DNA of 64,000 nucleotides from Eledone cirrhosa. Lineage: Eukaryota. The position numbers and the translations under genes were made by a program. A model generated the notes under the pieces. That model was not told the origin of the DNA. It was given only the letters and a program-made list of their open reading frames with translations, and made no database searches. The DNA is taken from the NCBI GenBank assembly GCA_964016885.1, contig OZ024742.1, positions 5,084,001 through 5,148,000 of the forward strand. Direction: 5' to 3'. Of the stretch, positions 39,025 through 54,800 are shown in pieces. The stretch's first letter is position 1. The number at the start of each line of letters is the position of its first letter.

Positions 39025-39031
<7 letters not shown>
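36513..39031. mobile_element. ~2.4-kb near-perfect palindrome (1.2-kb arms, 16-bp spacer) carrying hammerheads
   Basis: 36601-37808 is the reverse complement of 37825-39031; each arm has an internal ~200-bp tandem duplication; (TA)n flanks. Confidence 0.9.
38926..38992 (+). ncRNA. Type I hammerhead ribozyme; inverted copy at 36640-36706
   Basis: TTTTAT-CTGATGA-long stem II-GAA-ATGCGCAT-A-ATAAAA; palindromic stem III, AUA triplet. Confidence 0.85.
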
Positions 39032-39066
<35 letters not shown>

Positions 39067-39705
39067 CAAAAGAATTGTGGTAAGGAACCAGATGGACCAT
39101 AACGCACCAGAGTGCTCAATACTTAGGGTAGTAGAATGGGAAATAGGAAAAAGTATGACCTCGACGGCAGAGCTCAAGCCGTTTCGACGGCTATTTCTGG
39201 ACTCATATATATATTTTTTTTTTTTTTTTTTTTTTTTCTAAATTTATATATTATGAAATACTGTTGGCTTCTGGCTCACATTAATTTCTCTATGTCGGAC
39301 ATGCTTTCAAGCATAGTTACGTCCTTTTACGATCTGAGTTCAAATCCCGCCGAGGTTAACTTTGCCTTTCATCCTTACGGGGTCGATAAAATAAAGTACC
39401 AGTAATGTACTGGATAATTGCTGGCCTTGTGCCAAAAGTAGAAACAATTAATTTCTCTATTTTCATTTATATATATATATATATGTATAACTTGAATAGG
39501 TTTCGGTCAGTGTTGGCCCAGGACATGTTTAACTTAATAGCCCCACCATATATATATATGTGCGCATTATGGATGTATGAATGTATATATATATGTGTGT
39601 GTGTGCCTGTGTGTTTGCGTGTATGTATGTTTATTTATATGTACATATGCGCTATATAAATCACTTTGCCTGTCGGCAGATGAGTATCTAATCATTTCTA
39701 TAAAT

Positions 39706-39841
<136 letters not shown>

Positions 39842-39874
39842 ACATATAGCACTACTTTCAAAATAGCTGTGAAA

Positions 39875-40010
39875 ACGCGTAGCTTTGGATTTAGTGTGTT
39901 TCACCCTCGAACATAAGATCATGATTTCGATTCCCAACGATGTGCCGTGTCCTTGAACAAGAGACTTTATTTTAGGCACCTCTAGTCCACTCAGTTGTAA
40001 ATGTAAATTA
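39875..40010 (+). mobile_element. Degenerate tRNA-related SINE (second family); similar relic near 43585-43700
   Basis: B-box-like TTCGATTCC followed by GTGTCCTTGAACAAGAGACTT...GTCCACTCAG..GTAAATG. Confidence 0.55.
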
Positions 40011-40232
40011 GATATCCAGCCATGTCACAGTCACGTCGTGACATGCTGAAACTTCGTTGAGAGTACACGTATGTAATAGTTTCACTCTACATCCATTATA
40101 TTTGCTTATTATTAACCGATTTTTTATTTTCTTTTGTTTCAGAACAGCTAGCCAATGCTGTTATTGTAATAACAGAACAACTAGCCAATGCTGTTATTGT
40201 AATAATTCACAATCACTGACTCTATTGGAAAA

Positions 40233-41895
40233 GATGGAACGCCGCAAATGTGTAAATGATGCCAACCGATTTTGTTATATTTGCGGACTCTTCACTCCAG
40301 AAAGCATTAAGAAACCTATCACCAAAGCAGTTCGATTAAACTACAAAGCCTACTTTAAAATCCCATTAGGAGACCAAGACAAGAAATAGGCGCCTCATAT
40401 AGTGTGTAGATCGTGTGTCAATCACCTGAGTGAATGGATTATTGGAAAGCGAAGCTCGGGTTTGTCTTTTGCCATACCAATGTTGTGGCGAGAACCCGGA
40501 AACTATAATAATGACTGCTACTTCTGCCTTACAAACATCAAAGGAATAACTGTCAAGACACGAACTATAATACAATACCCCAATATCCCTTCAGCAATCC
40601 GACAAGTAATACACAGTGAAGAATTAGTGGTTCCAATTTCACCTGTTGAACACGAGCTAAGCACGGATTCTGATTCCAATTGCAGCTCTATGGATGATGA
40701 CTCTCAAGACGAACTAGAGCCAATTGAACCTACACCATTTAACCAGAGAGCTCTTCATGATCTTATTAGGGACCTAGATTTGTCTAAAGAAAAGGCAGAG
40801 GTACTGGAATCAAGACTCAAGCAACGTAACCTGTTGGAACCCGGCGTCCGCATCACAACTGCTCGTCATCGGCCTGAACTAGTTTCTGCATTTTTCAAAA
40901 TGAAAAATAACCTTTGCTATTGTCATGATGCAGAGTATCTCATTGCAACAACTCTGCATATCTGATTCTTACAAATCAGATGATTGGAGGCTTTTCATTG
41001 ATTCAGGCAAAAATGCTCTAAAAGCCGTCCTCCTACATATTGGAAATCAGCTTCCCTCTGTACCAACTGCTCATGCAACAAATATGGCTGAAAATAATGA
41101 AACAATGAAAAGTTTGCTTTCCTTTATTGAGTACCAAAAGCACCAGGGTAAAATACGTGGGGATCTCAAAGTAATTAATCTTATTCTAGGTCTTCAGACT
41201 GGTTACACAATGTATATGTGCTTTCTGTGTTTGTGGAATAGTAGAGCAGATGCGGAGCACTACTTAAAAGAAAATTGGCCAGCAAGACAAAAGAATGGCA
41301 CAGGAAGGTTCAACTGCCTGTACAAACCACTACTAGAGTCCGAAAAAGTATTCCTGCCTCCATTATATCTCAAATTAGGCTTGGCAAAAAATTTCAATGT
41401 GTTTCAATACTTGTGTGAGAAGTTGGCTGGTGTGGTATCTGAAGCAAAGTTAAAAGCGGGGGGTTTTAATTGTACTCAGATCTGCATGCTGGTTAATGAT
41501 AGTGAGTTTGCTAAAACACTAAACCCTTTCGAGATTGCTGCATGGAAATCATTCGTTGGGAGACTACTGCTGGACACTGCAATGTGAGGCCAACCCGCAG
41601 AACAAGCGTAGAAGCAAAATCAGGAAAAGGTTTTAGGACTCCTTTCATTTTTCTCAATATATGAAGTATTGTTAAAACCAATAAAGCAAAATAAATTACT
41701 AGTTAGTATATATACATACCTCACCATATGTTAAAAAAGGGATAGAAATGACTGTACACAGAACATATTTCCCATCCAATATACATAAATCCTGGTCCGA
41801 TAGCAAAATATTAATGTCAAAACTGAATTCAGCACTAGAAAATTAGTAAGAAGCACATATTCATATGTAAGAACCATTTTGGCTGTTGACCAGTG
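40233..41895 (+). mobile_element. Chapaev3-like (CMC superfamily) DNA transposon relic
   Basis: FCYICG, GDQDK.*APH..C..C, PMLWREP...DCYFC, WRLFIDS...LKAVLLH, GDLKV, CFLCLW, LPPL.LKLGL; right terminus ...GTTGACCAGTG followed by TAA; left TIR not found. Family name recalled from motifs, not searched. Confidence 0.75.
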
Positions 41896-42099
41896 TAATC
41901 ATTTAAATATTTGTAGCACAGATTTTGATAGTTTAAAGGTTGTGTGCTTGTTTTAAACTATTGTTCTTGTAAAGAAGAGATGATGTATTAAAATATCGCC
42001 TCACTTTCACCTACAAATTCATAAAAAAATTTAAACACTAGAGCTGTACTGCTTCTAAGAGATAGATAGATGAGTCATGGGATTGTATCATACCAACTG

Positions 42100-42898
42100 G
42101 TTCATGAATTTTGGTTTAAATCTTGCAAACCTGCCCGCAAGCCAAAATTAGCATTAGATACGTAAACGAAGTGGTTGACATTTTCAAAACAGCATGAGCA
42201 TTGGGATGAAGACGAATGGGATCAAGTTATGTTCTCCGATGAATCAACACTGCAGCAGTTTATAGCACGCAAAAAGGCCTCATGGAAAAGGATATGATGA
42301 AAAATATACGGTACAAAAAAATGAAACAGCCACCCAGTCAGATGAATAGATTATCTGTGGCGACTTTTCTCTGGTACAATTATGAATAGCCGAAAGTACC
42401 TGGAATTGTTGAAGGACAAACTGGGGGTATATAGACATGCACATACATTGATGCATCATATTCACTTGTTACAGAGCAAAGATTGTACATGAATACATTT
42501 GAAAGGTTATTGTCACAACCCTAGAGTGGCCTGAAATTATCCCTGAGCTCAATACCATTGGAAATTTGTATGAAGACAAGCAGAATAAGACTACTGATAA
42601 ACAACCATCGGGAAGAAAAGTCTTGGTGGGGGTTATTAAAGACGTATGAATGAATGAACTTTCACAAGAATGTTACCAGGTTCTTATATTCAACATGCCT
42701 CGAGGTATTCAAGTGGTCATCAGAGCAAAATGTGGTCATACAAAATATTAGTTTATAGCGACATTAATGTCTGAATACATATATTCAATACAGTTGATGC
42801 TTTAAAATGAGTATTAAGTTCTATTTTCATTTAATAACATGTTACTTTTATGTTTGTTAAAGATTGTAAGGTTGTCTTAAACATTTGGCCAGACATTG
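42100..42898 (+). mobile_element. Decayed Tc1/mariner transposase
   Basis: RKPKL, WDQVMFSDES, LEWP...PELNTIGNL (WP..SPDLNPIEN-like), MPRGIQVVIRAKCGHTKY. Confidence 0.8.
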
Positions 42899-42928
42899 AA
42901 AATAATTCATATTCCAAATAAATCTTAC

Positions 42929-43020
42929 CTTGAAAATGACAGAACCACATGAAGATGAACTGGTATGGGAAACTTCTCCACATAATCTCGAAAGACTAGC
43001 TGACATTATTAGTGGATCAT
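42929..43020 (-). CDS. Candidate 92-nt internal exon of an unidentified host gene
   Basis: Minus strand tctttgtttacag| ...open frame DPLIMSASLSRLCGEVSHTSSSSCGSVIFK... AAG|gtaaga; no homology recognised. Confidence 0.3.
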
Positions 43021-44298
43021 CTGTAAACAAAGATGAGGCGCTTTATGACGTCATAGCTCGTAGCCGGAAATAGTAGATGTTCGCAGTTTATACATATAAC
43101 GTCGTATAAGAAAACAGTGTTGTGAAATTAGCACTCCGAATTTATTCCAATAAACAAACAAATTCTATATTTTCTGTTGAATAATTTGTCTTAGCTATGC
43201 TGCCAAGGAAAACAGGCAACGATATCTACTGAATCAGCCAGCTTACTTCATGGACATTGTTTACTAAAGTACGACAACCTCATCTCAATTTGACGGAAGA
43301 CGAGTGACAGCCTGGGGGCCGAGGATACCGGCAATCTTAACGGCAATAATCACGAAAAAGAATCTACCCGTAAAAAATTGGTAATTAGCCGTTTTCCGTT
43401 CATTTGAGTTCAAAACTTGCCATGGTTGACTTTGGTCTCATATTTCACAGGACTATAAAACAGGGTAAATTATCAGAATCGGTAGAGTGTCAGCCCAAAT
43501 GCTTTGTGATATATGTTTGAGATGCTTAAGTTAGGATCGACCAGGAAATTGTAGGAAATTTGTCTGTATCTGGCTGGCGTAGGCGGAGGCATGACATGAG
43601 TCATTAAGAATTTTGCTTGCCATTCATGAAACCCTGGGTTCGATCTCACTACATGGCATCTTAGGCAAGTGTTTTAACCACATCCTCGAGTTGACACATG
43701 TCATGTGAGCGAAATTGGGTAGCAGAATCCCGTGGAATAGATTGTATCTGTAATTTAATAGTGCAGCCTACTCACATTGTGCCACACTGCTTCGGATTAG
43801 GAATTACGTTAAAGCTATACATGTTTAAAGAATACTCAGCCACTTTCGTGGTAATTTTTGAGTTGGATGTTCAGTTGGTGATGCAACTGAATGCTAACCC
43901 AATTCGAATTCATTATCCTTTCTTTCACAAGATGAGCCGTGTAAACAAGACCAGACAAATGGTGACAAAAAACCACCTTTCTCTTCTCCTACATAGTATT
44001 TGTCATATCAACTCCCTCGAATTGATGGCGCTAAAAGATTGGGAACTTTAAGCCGTTCGTTATGTTATTTCTAATAATAGACACTGCCTATCATTTTGAA
44101 AATAACCAAGAAGTGAATTTCTAATGTAATTAACGTTCTCGATACTAAAATAGTGCTTTGAACATAAATTACATAAAATTATGATGAAAAGCTTTTAGAT
44201 AAATATAGATTGTAAAATAGACAACTTTGTATAGTAAATACAGAAGCAGGTAAAAAGGGAAGTAGATCCGGTTGGTTTTGAACGCAGAAATACAAGGA

Positions 44299-44356
<58 letters not shown>

Positions 44357-44360
<4 letters not shown>

Positions 44361-44744
44361 TAAGAGGAATTCCAACTTTGTCTGATTTACTCGTTTTATT
44401 TACAATCCTTTAAAATTTATAATGGTATTATAATGAAATAGTATGATAGAATATTAAATTCTAAGTGTTAATTGAACAAGTACTTTCATGCTTTCGCAAT
44501 CTTCAGGTTCATAATATGTGGTGACAGTCAAGTTTGCAATTTTCAACAAGACAGTTGAAAATTGCAAACTTGACTGTCACCACATATTATGAACCTGAAG
44601 ATTGCGAAAGCATGAAAGTACTTGTTCAATTAACACTTAGAATTTAATATTCTATCATACTATTTCATTATAATACCATTATAAATTTTAAAGGATTGTA
44701 ATTAAAACGAGTAAATCAGACAAAGTTGGAATTCCTCTTATTAA
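44357..44744. mobile_element. ~390-bp palindrome (6-bp spacer) carrying hammerheads
   Basis: 44357-44547 is the reverse complement of 44554-44744; (TA)n flanks. Confidence 0.9.
44590..44628 (+). ncRNA. Minimal type I hammerhead ribozyme; inverted copy at 44473-44511
   Basis: TGAAC-CTGAAGA-T TGC gaaa GCA T-GAA-AGTACT-T-GTTCA; GNRA loop II, palindromic stem III, CUU triplet. Confidence 0.8.
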
Positions 44745-44780
44745 CATAATCTTCTATACACAATCATACACACCCGTGTA

Positions 44781-44830
<50 letters not shown>

Positions 44831-45855
44831 TGAAGTATTTCCGTCGGAAAGGTAAAGGAAAAAAGAGTGCTCATATGTAAATGTGTATGAATCTGTAGTT
44901 TTGTGTGTATGTATATATAGAGAGCGAGAGGGAGAGAGAGAGAGACATATAGATGGACATATACAGATAGATATATGCAGATTCGAATGAAACAGTTCTA
45001 GTACTGTATAAGTCATTTTTATATTAAACTTGATATAAATACAGTGTGCCCCGATATTCGCGGAACGTTCCTTAGAACCTAACTAATAATTGTTCGTAGA
45101 AACCATCGCGGAATCGTAAATATATTTTTATATCGATTATTTCGTTGCTTTTTTTCGTGATAATATTTTTTTTTTTTCAGACATTTTACACTAAATTATT
45201 AACAGTAATGAAGGACTACGAAACAGCAATGTACCGGAGGGTTTTGAAAAATACTTCCCTGGAGCTAACAAGACCCCGCCACGAAAAGAAGCCCGACCCA
45301 GTGGTACCAAACAAAAAGCTATGCTTAATCTCTCTCGCTCCCTCACACATTTACATGAGGTCATATAATTCAGCATTGTGTCTCTTACTAAATGTTAAAA
45401 GAAAGGCAAGCTTTTAACTGACAAATAATTAGATACATAGATACGATGCGTCGCCCTAATGTCATGTTTCTGTATGGCTGATGTCTGAACTTTATAAGTA
45501 GAACATACCCACACCCAATAAGGGAGATAAACAAATTGTTAGATTATAGAGTAGCCTCACTTGCAATTAAGATCTTATTTTTTGCAGTTTTTTCATACAT
45601 AATTGATATGGATGTCTGTTTTTTGTGTGTGTGTATGTATGCATATATATAGAGAGAGTGAGTGAGTGAGATAGATGGGTAGATGGACAAGGCGGTCTCT
45701 CAAAGGTTTCCCGGTTGTTGTAATGATAGGGAACCCAATTCTATCATGAAAAACCTAAAAAGAAAGCAACTGGTTCAGGAGTAAAATGTGCTTGCTGACA
45801 TATGTTTAAGATCGAGGCACACTAACCGTTGAACCATTACCATCACATACTGAAC

Positions 45856-48800
45856 CTACACTACAACACTACAACACACTACACCACTACCAGACACTAC
45901 ACCACTACCACACACTAGACCACTACCAGACACTACACCACTACCAGACACTACACCACTACAACACACTACACCACTACCACACAATACAACACTACCA
46001 CACACTACACCACTACCAGACACTACACCACTACCAGACACTACACCACTACAACACACTACACCACTACCAGACACTACACCACTACAACACACTACAC
46101 CACTACCAGACACTACACCATTACCACACACTACACCACTACCAGACACTACACCACTACCAGACACTACACCACTACCACACACTACACCACTACCAGA
46201 CACTACACCACTACCAGACACTACACCACTACAACACACTACACAACTACCAGACACTACACCACTACCAGACACTACACCACTGTCACACACTCCACCA
46301 CTACAACACACTACACCACTACCAGACACTACACCACTACCAGACACTACACCACTACAACACACTACACCACTACCAGACACTACACCACTGCCAGACA
46401 CTACCCCACTACCAGACACTACAACACTGACAGACACTACACCACTACCACACACTACACCACTACCACACACTACACCACTACCAGATACTACACCACT
46501 ACCAGACATTACACCACTACCAGACACTACACCACTACAACACACTACACCACTACCAGACACTACACCACTACCACACACTACACCACTACCAGACACT
46601 ACACCACTACCAGACACTACACCACTACAACACACTACACCACTACCAGACACTACACCACTGCCAGACACTACCCCACTACCAGACACTACAACACTGA
46701 CAGACACTACACCACTACCATACACTACACCACTACCACACACTACACCACTACAAGATACTACACCACTACCAGACATTACACCACTACCAGACACTAC
46801 ACCACTACAACACACTACACCACTACCAGACACTACACCACTACCAGACACTACACCACTACCAGACACTACACCACTGCTAGACACAACACCACTACAA
46901 CACACTACACCACTACCAGACACTACACCACTACCAGACACTACACTACTACCAGACACTACCCCACTACAAAACACTACGCCACTACAACACACTACAC
47001 CACTGCTAGACACTACACCACTACCACACACTACACCACTACCAGACACTACACCACTACCAGACACTACACCACTACCACACACTACACCACTACCAGA
47101 CACTACACCACTACCACACACTTCACCACTACCAGACACTACACCACTACCACACACTACACCACTACCAGACACTACACCACTACCAGACACTACACCA
47201 CTACCAGACACTACACCACTACCAGACACTACACCACTACAACACTCTACACCACTACCAGACACTACACCACTACCAGACACTACACCACTTCCACACA
47301 CTACACCACTACCACACACTACACTACTACCAGACACTACACCACTACAACACACTACACCACTACCAGACGCTACACCACTACCAGACACTACACCACT
47401 ACCACACACTACACCATTACCAGACACTACACCACTACCAGACACTACACCACTACCAGACACTACACCACTTCCACACACTACACCACTACCACACACT
47501 ACACAACTACCAGACACTACACCACTACAACACACTACACCACTACCAGACACTACACCACTACCAGACACTACACCACTACAACACACTACACCACTAC
47601 CAGACACTACACCACTACCACACACTGCACCACTACCAGACACTACACCACTACCAGACACTACACCACTACAACACACTACACCACTACCAGACACTAC
47701 ACCACTACCGGACACTACACCACTACCACACACTACACCACAACCAGACACTACAACACTACCAGGCACTACACTACTATCAGACACTACACCACTACCA
47801 GACACTACACCACTACAACACACTACACCACTACCAGACACTACACCACTACAACACACTACACCACTACTAAACACTACACCACTACCAGACACTACAC
47901 CACTACCAGACACTACACCATTACCACACACTACACCACTACCAGACACTACACCACTACCACACACAACACCACTACCACACACTACACCACTACCAGA
48001 CACTGCACCACTACCACACACTACACCACTACCAGACACTACACCACTACAACACACTACACCAGTACCAGACACTACACCACTACCAGACACTATACCA
48101 CTGCCACACACTACACCACTACCAGACACAACACCACTACCAGACACTACACCACTACAACACACTACACCACTACCAGACAATACACCACTACAACACA
48201 TCACACCACTACCAGACACGACCCCACTACCAGACACTACACCACTACAACACATCACACCACTACCAGACACTACCCCACTACCAGACAATACACCACT
48301 ACCACACACTCCACCACTACCTGACACTACACCACTACCACACACTACACCACTACCACACACTACACCACTACCAGACACTACACCACTACCACACACT
48401 ACACCACTACCAGATACTAAACCACTACCACACACTACACCACTACCAGATACTACACCACTACCACACACTACACCAATAACACCAATACCAGACACTA
48501 CACCTCTACCACACACTACACCACTACCAGACACTACACCACTACCACACACTACACCACTACCACACACTACACCACTACCAGACACTAAACCACTACC
48601 AGACACTACACAATACCAGACACTACACCACTACCACACACTACACCACTACCACACACTGCAACACTACCAGACACTACACCAGTCCCACACACTACAC
48701 CACTACCAGACGCTACACCACTACCAGACACTACACCACTACAACACACTACACCACTACCAGACACTACACCACTATCAGACAATAAACCACTACCACA

Positions 48801-51800
48801 CACTATACCACTACCCGACACTACACCACTACCAGACACTACACCACTACAACACACTACACCACTACCAGACACTACACCACTACCAGAGACTACACCA
48901 CTACCAGACACTACACCACTAGCAGACACTACATCACTACCAGACACTACACCACTACCTGACACTACACCACTACCAGACACTACACCACTACCACACA
49001 CTACACCACTACCAGACACTACACCACTACCAGACACTACACCACTACCAGACGCTACACCACTACCACACACTACACCACTACCAGACACTACACCACT
49101 ACCGGACACTACACCACTACCACACACTACACCACTACCAGACGCTACACCACTACCAGACACTACACCACTACCAGACACTAAACCACTACCACACACT
49201 ACACCACTACCAGACACTACACCATTACCATACACTACACCACTACCAGACACTACACCACTACCAGACACTACAACACTGCCAGATACTACACCACTAC
49301 AACAAACTACACCACTACCAGACACTACACCACTACCACACAATACACCACTACCAGACACTACACCACTGCCAGACACTACACCACTACAACACACTAC
49401 ACCAATACCACACACTAAACCACTACCAGACACTACACCACTGCCAGACACTACACCACTACAACACACTACACCACTACCAGACACTACACCACTACCA
49501 GAGAGTACACCACTACCAGACACTACACCACTAGCAGACACTACAAAACTACTACACACTACACCACTACAACACACTACCCCACTGACACACACTACAC
49601 CACTACCAGACACTACACCACTACAACACACTACACCGCTACCAGACACTACCCCACAACCAGACACTACAGCACTACAACACACTACACCACTAACAGA
49701 CACTACACCAATACCACACACTACACCACTACCACGCACTACACCACTACCACACACTACACCACTACTAAACACTACCCCACTACCAGACACTACACCA
49801 CTACAACACACTCCACCACTACCAGACACTACACCACTACCACACACTACACCACTACCACACACTACACAACTACCAGACACTACACCACTACCACACA
49901 CTACACCATTACCACACACTACACCACTACCAGACACTACACCATAACAAGACACTACACCACTACCAGACACTACACCACTACCAGACACTACACCACT
50001 ACCACACACTACACCACTACCAGACACTACACCACTACAACACACTACACCACTACCAGACACTACACCACTACCAGACACTACACCACAACCACACACT
50101 ACACCATTACCAGACACTACACCACTACCAGACACTACACCACTACAACACACTACACCACTACTAAACACTACACCACTACCAGACACTACGCCACTTC
50201 CAAACACTACACCACTACCACACACTACACCACTACCACACACTACACCATTACCAGACATTACACAACTAACACACAATACACCACTACCACACACTAC
50301 ACCATTACCACACACTACACCACTACCAGACACTTCATCACTACCACACACTGCACCACTACCAGACACTACACCACTAAAAGACACTACACCACTACAA
50401 CACACTACACCATTACCAGACACTACACCACTACCAGACACTACACCACTACCAGACACTACACCACTACCAGACACTACACCACTACCAGACACTACAC
50501 CACTACCAGACACTACACCACTACCACACACTACACCACTACCAGACACTACACCACTACCGGACGCTACACCACTACCACACACTACACCACTACCAGA
50601 CGCTACAGCACTGCCAGACATTACACCACTACCAGACACTACAAAACTACCACACACTACACCACTACCAGACACTAAACCACTACCACACACTACACCA
50701 CTACCAGACACTACACCACTACCAGACACTACACCACTACCATACACTACACCACTACCAGACACTACACCACTACCAGACACTACAACACTGCCAGACA
50801 CTACACCAGTACCACACACTACACCAGTACCACACACTACACCACTACCAGACACTACACCACGACCAGACACTACACCTCTACCAGACACTACACGACT
50901 ACCAGATACTACACAACTACCAGACACTACAACACTGCAAGACACTACACAACTACCACACACTACACCAGTACCACACACTACACCACTACATCACACT
51001 ACACCACTACCAGACACTACACCACTGCCAGACACTACGCCACTACAACACACTACACAACTACCAGACACTACACCACTACCAGAGAGTACACCACTAC
51101 CAGACACTACACCACTAGCAGACACTACAAAACTACTACACACTACACCACTACAACACACTACCCCACTGACACACACTACACCACTACCAGACACTAC
51201 ACCACTACAACACACTACACCGCTACCAGACACTACCCCACAACCAGACACTACAGCACTACAACACACTACACCACTAACAGACACTACACCAATACCA
51301 CACACTACACCACTACCACGCACTACACCACTACCACACACTACACCACTACTAAACACTACCCCACTACCAGACACTAGACCACTACAACACACTCCAC
51401 CACTACCAGACACTACACCACTACCACACACTACACCACTACCACACACTACACAACTACCAGACACTACACCACTACCACACACTACACCATTACCACA
51501 CACTACACCACTACCAGACACTACACCACTACAAGACACTACACCACTACCAGACACTACACGACTACCAGACACTACACCACTACCACACACTACACCA
51601 CTACCAGACACTACATCACTATAACACACTACACCACTACCAGACACTACACCACTACCAGACACTACACCACTACCAGACACTAAACCATTACCAGACA
51701 CTACACCACTACCAGACACTACACCACTACAACACACTACACCACTACTAAACACTACACCACTACCAGACACTACGCCACTTCCACACACTACACCACT

Positions 51801-54800
51801 ACCACACACTGCACCACTACCACACACTACACCATTACCAGACACAACACAACTAACACACAATACACCACTACCACACACTACGCCATTACCACACACT
51901 ACACCACTACCAGACACTTCACCACTACCACACACTGCACCACTACCAGACACTACACCACTAACAGACACTACACCACTAACAGACACTACACCACTAC
52001 AACACACTACACCATTACCAGACACTACACCACTACCAGACACTACACCACTACCAGACACTACACCACTACCAGACACTACACCACTACCAGACACTAC
52101 ACCACTACCAGACACTACACCACTACCACACACTACACCACTACCAGACACTACACCACTACCGGACGCTACACCACTACCACACACTACACCACTACCA
52201 GACGCTACAGCACTGCCAGACATTACACCACTACCAGACACTACACAACTACCACACACTACAAAACTACCACACACTACACCACTACCAGACACTAAAC
52301 CACTACCACACACTACACCACTACCAGACACTACACCACTACCAGACACTACACCACTACCATACACTACACCACTACCAGACACTACACCACTACCAGA
52401 CACTACAACACTGCCAGACACTACACCAGTACCACACACTACACCAGTACCACACACTACACCACTACCAGACACTACACCACTACCAGACACTACACCA
52501 CTACCAGACACTACACGACTACCAGATACTACACAACTACCAGACACTACAACACTGCAAGACACTACACAACTACCACACACTACACCAGTACCACACA
52601 CTGCACCACTACAACACACTCCACCACTACCAGACACTACACCACTACCACACACTACACCACTACCACACACTACACAACTACCAGACACTACACCACT
52701 ACCACACACTACACCATTACCACACACTACACCACTACCAGACACTACACCATAACAAGACACTACACCACTACCAGACACTACACCACTGCCAGACACT
52801 AGACCACATCCAGACACTAAACCATTACCAGACACTACACCACTGCCAGACACTACACCACTACAACACACTACACCACTACCAGACACCACACTACTAC
52901 AACACACTACACCACTATCAGACACTACACCACTACCAGACACTACACCAATACCAGACACTACAACACTGCCAGACACTACACCACTACAACACACTAC
53001 ACCGCTACCAGACACTACACCACTACCAGACACTACACCACTACCAGACACTACACCACTACCACACACTACACCACTACCAGACACTACAACACTGCCA
53101 GACACTACACCAGTACCACACCCTACACCAATACCATACACTACACCACTACCAGACACTACACCACTACCAGACACTACAACACTGCCAGATACTACAC
53201 CACTACAACACACTACACCACTACCAGACACTACACCACTACCACACAATACACCACTACCAGACACTACACCACTGCCAGACACTACACCACTACAACA
53301 CACTACACCAATACCACACACTAAACCACTACCAGACACTACACCACTGCCAGACACTACACCACTACAACACACTACACCACTACCAGACACTACACCA
53401 CTACCAGAGAGTACACCATTACCAGACACTACACCACTAGCAGACACTACAAAACTACTACACACTACACCACTACAACACACTACCCCACTGACACACA
53501 CTACACCACTACCAGACACTACACCACTACAACACACTACACCGCTACCAGACACTACCCCACAACCAGACACTACAGCACTACAACACACTACACCACT
53601 AACAGACACTACACCAATACCACACACTACACCACTACCACGCACTACACCACTACCACACACTACACCACTACTAAACACTACCCCACTACCAGACACT
53701 ACACCACTACAACACACTCCACCACTACCAGACACTACACCACTACCACACACTACACCACTACCACACACTACACAACTACCAGACACTACACCACTAC
53801 CACACACTACACCATTACCACACACTACACCACTACCAGACACTACACCACTACAAGACACTACACCACTACCAGACACTACACCACTACCAGACACTAC
53901 ACCACTACCACACACTACAACACTACCAGACACTACACCACTATAACACACTACACCACTACCAGACACTACACCACTACCAGACACTACACCACTACCA
54001 GACACTACACCATTACCAGACACTACACCACTACCAGACACTACACCACTACAACACACTACACCACTACTAAACACTACACCACTACCAGACACTACGC
54101 CACTTCCACACACTACACCACTACCACACACTACACCACTACCACACACTACACCATTACCAGACACTACACAACTAACACACAATACACCACTACCACA
54201 CACTACGCCATTACCACACACTACACCACTACCAGACACTTCACCACTACCACACACTGCACCACTACCAGACACTACACCACTAACAGACACTACTCCA
54301 CTAACAGACACTACACCACTACAACACACTACACCATTACCAGACACTACACCACTACCAGACACTACACCACTACCAGACACTACACCACTACCAGACA
54401 CTACACCACTACCAAACACTACACCACTACCAGACACTACACCACTACCACACACTACACCACTACCAGACACTACACCACTACCGGACGCTACACCACT
54501 ACCACACACTACACCACTACCAGACGCTACAGCACTGCCAGACATTACACCACTACCAGACACTACACAACTACCACACACTACAAAACTACCACACACT
54601 ACACCACTACCAGACACTAAACCACTACCACACACTACACCACTACCAGACACTACACCACTACCAGACACTACAACACTGCAAGACACTACACAACTAC
54701 CACACACTACACCAGTACCACACACTACACCACTACAACACACTAAACCATTACCAGACACTACACCACTGCCAGACACTACACCACTACAACACACTAC

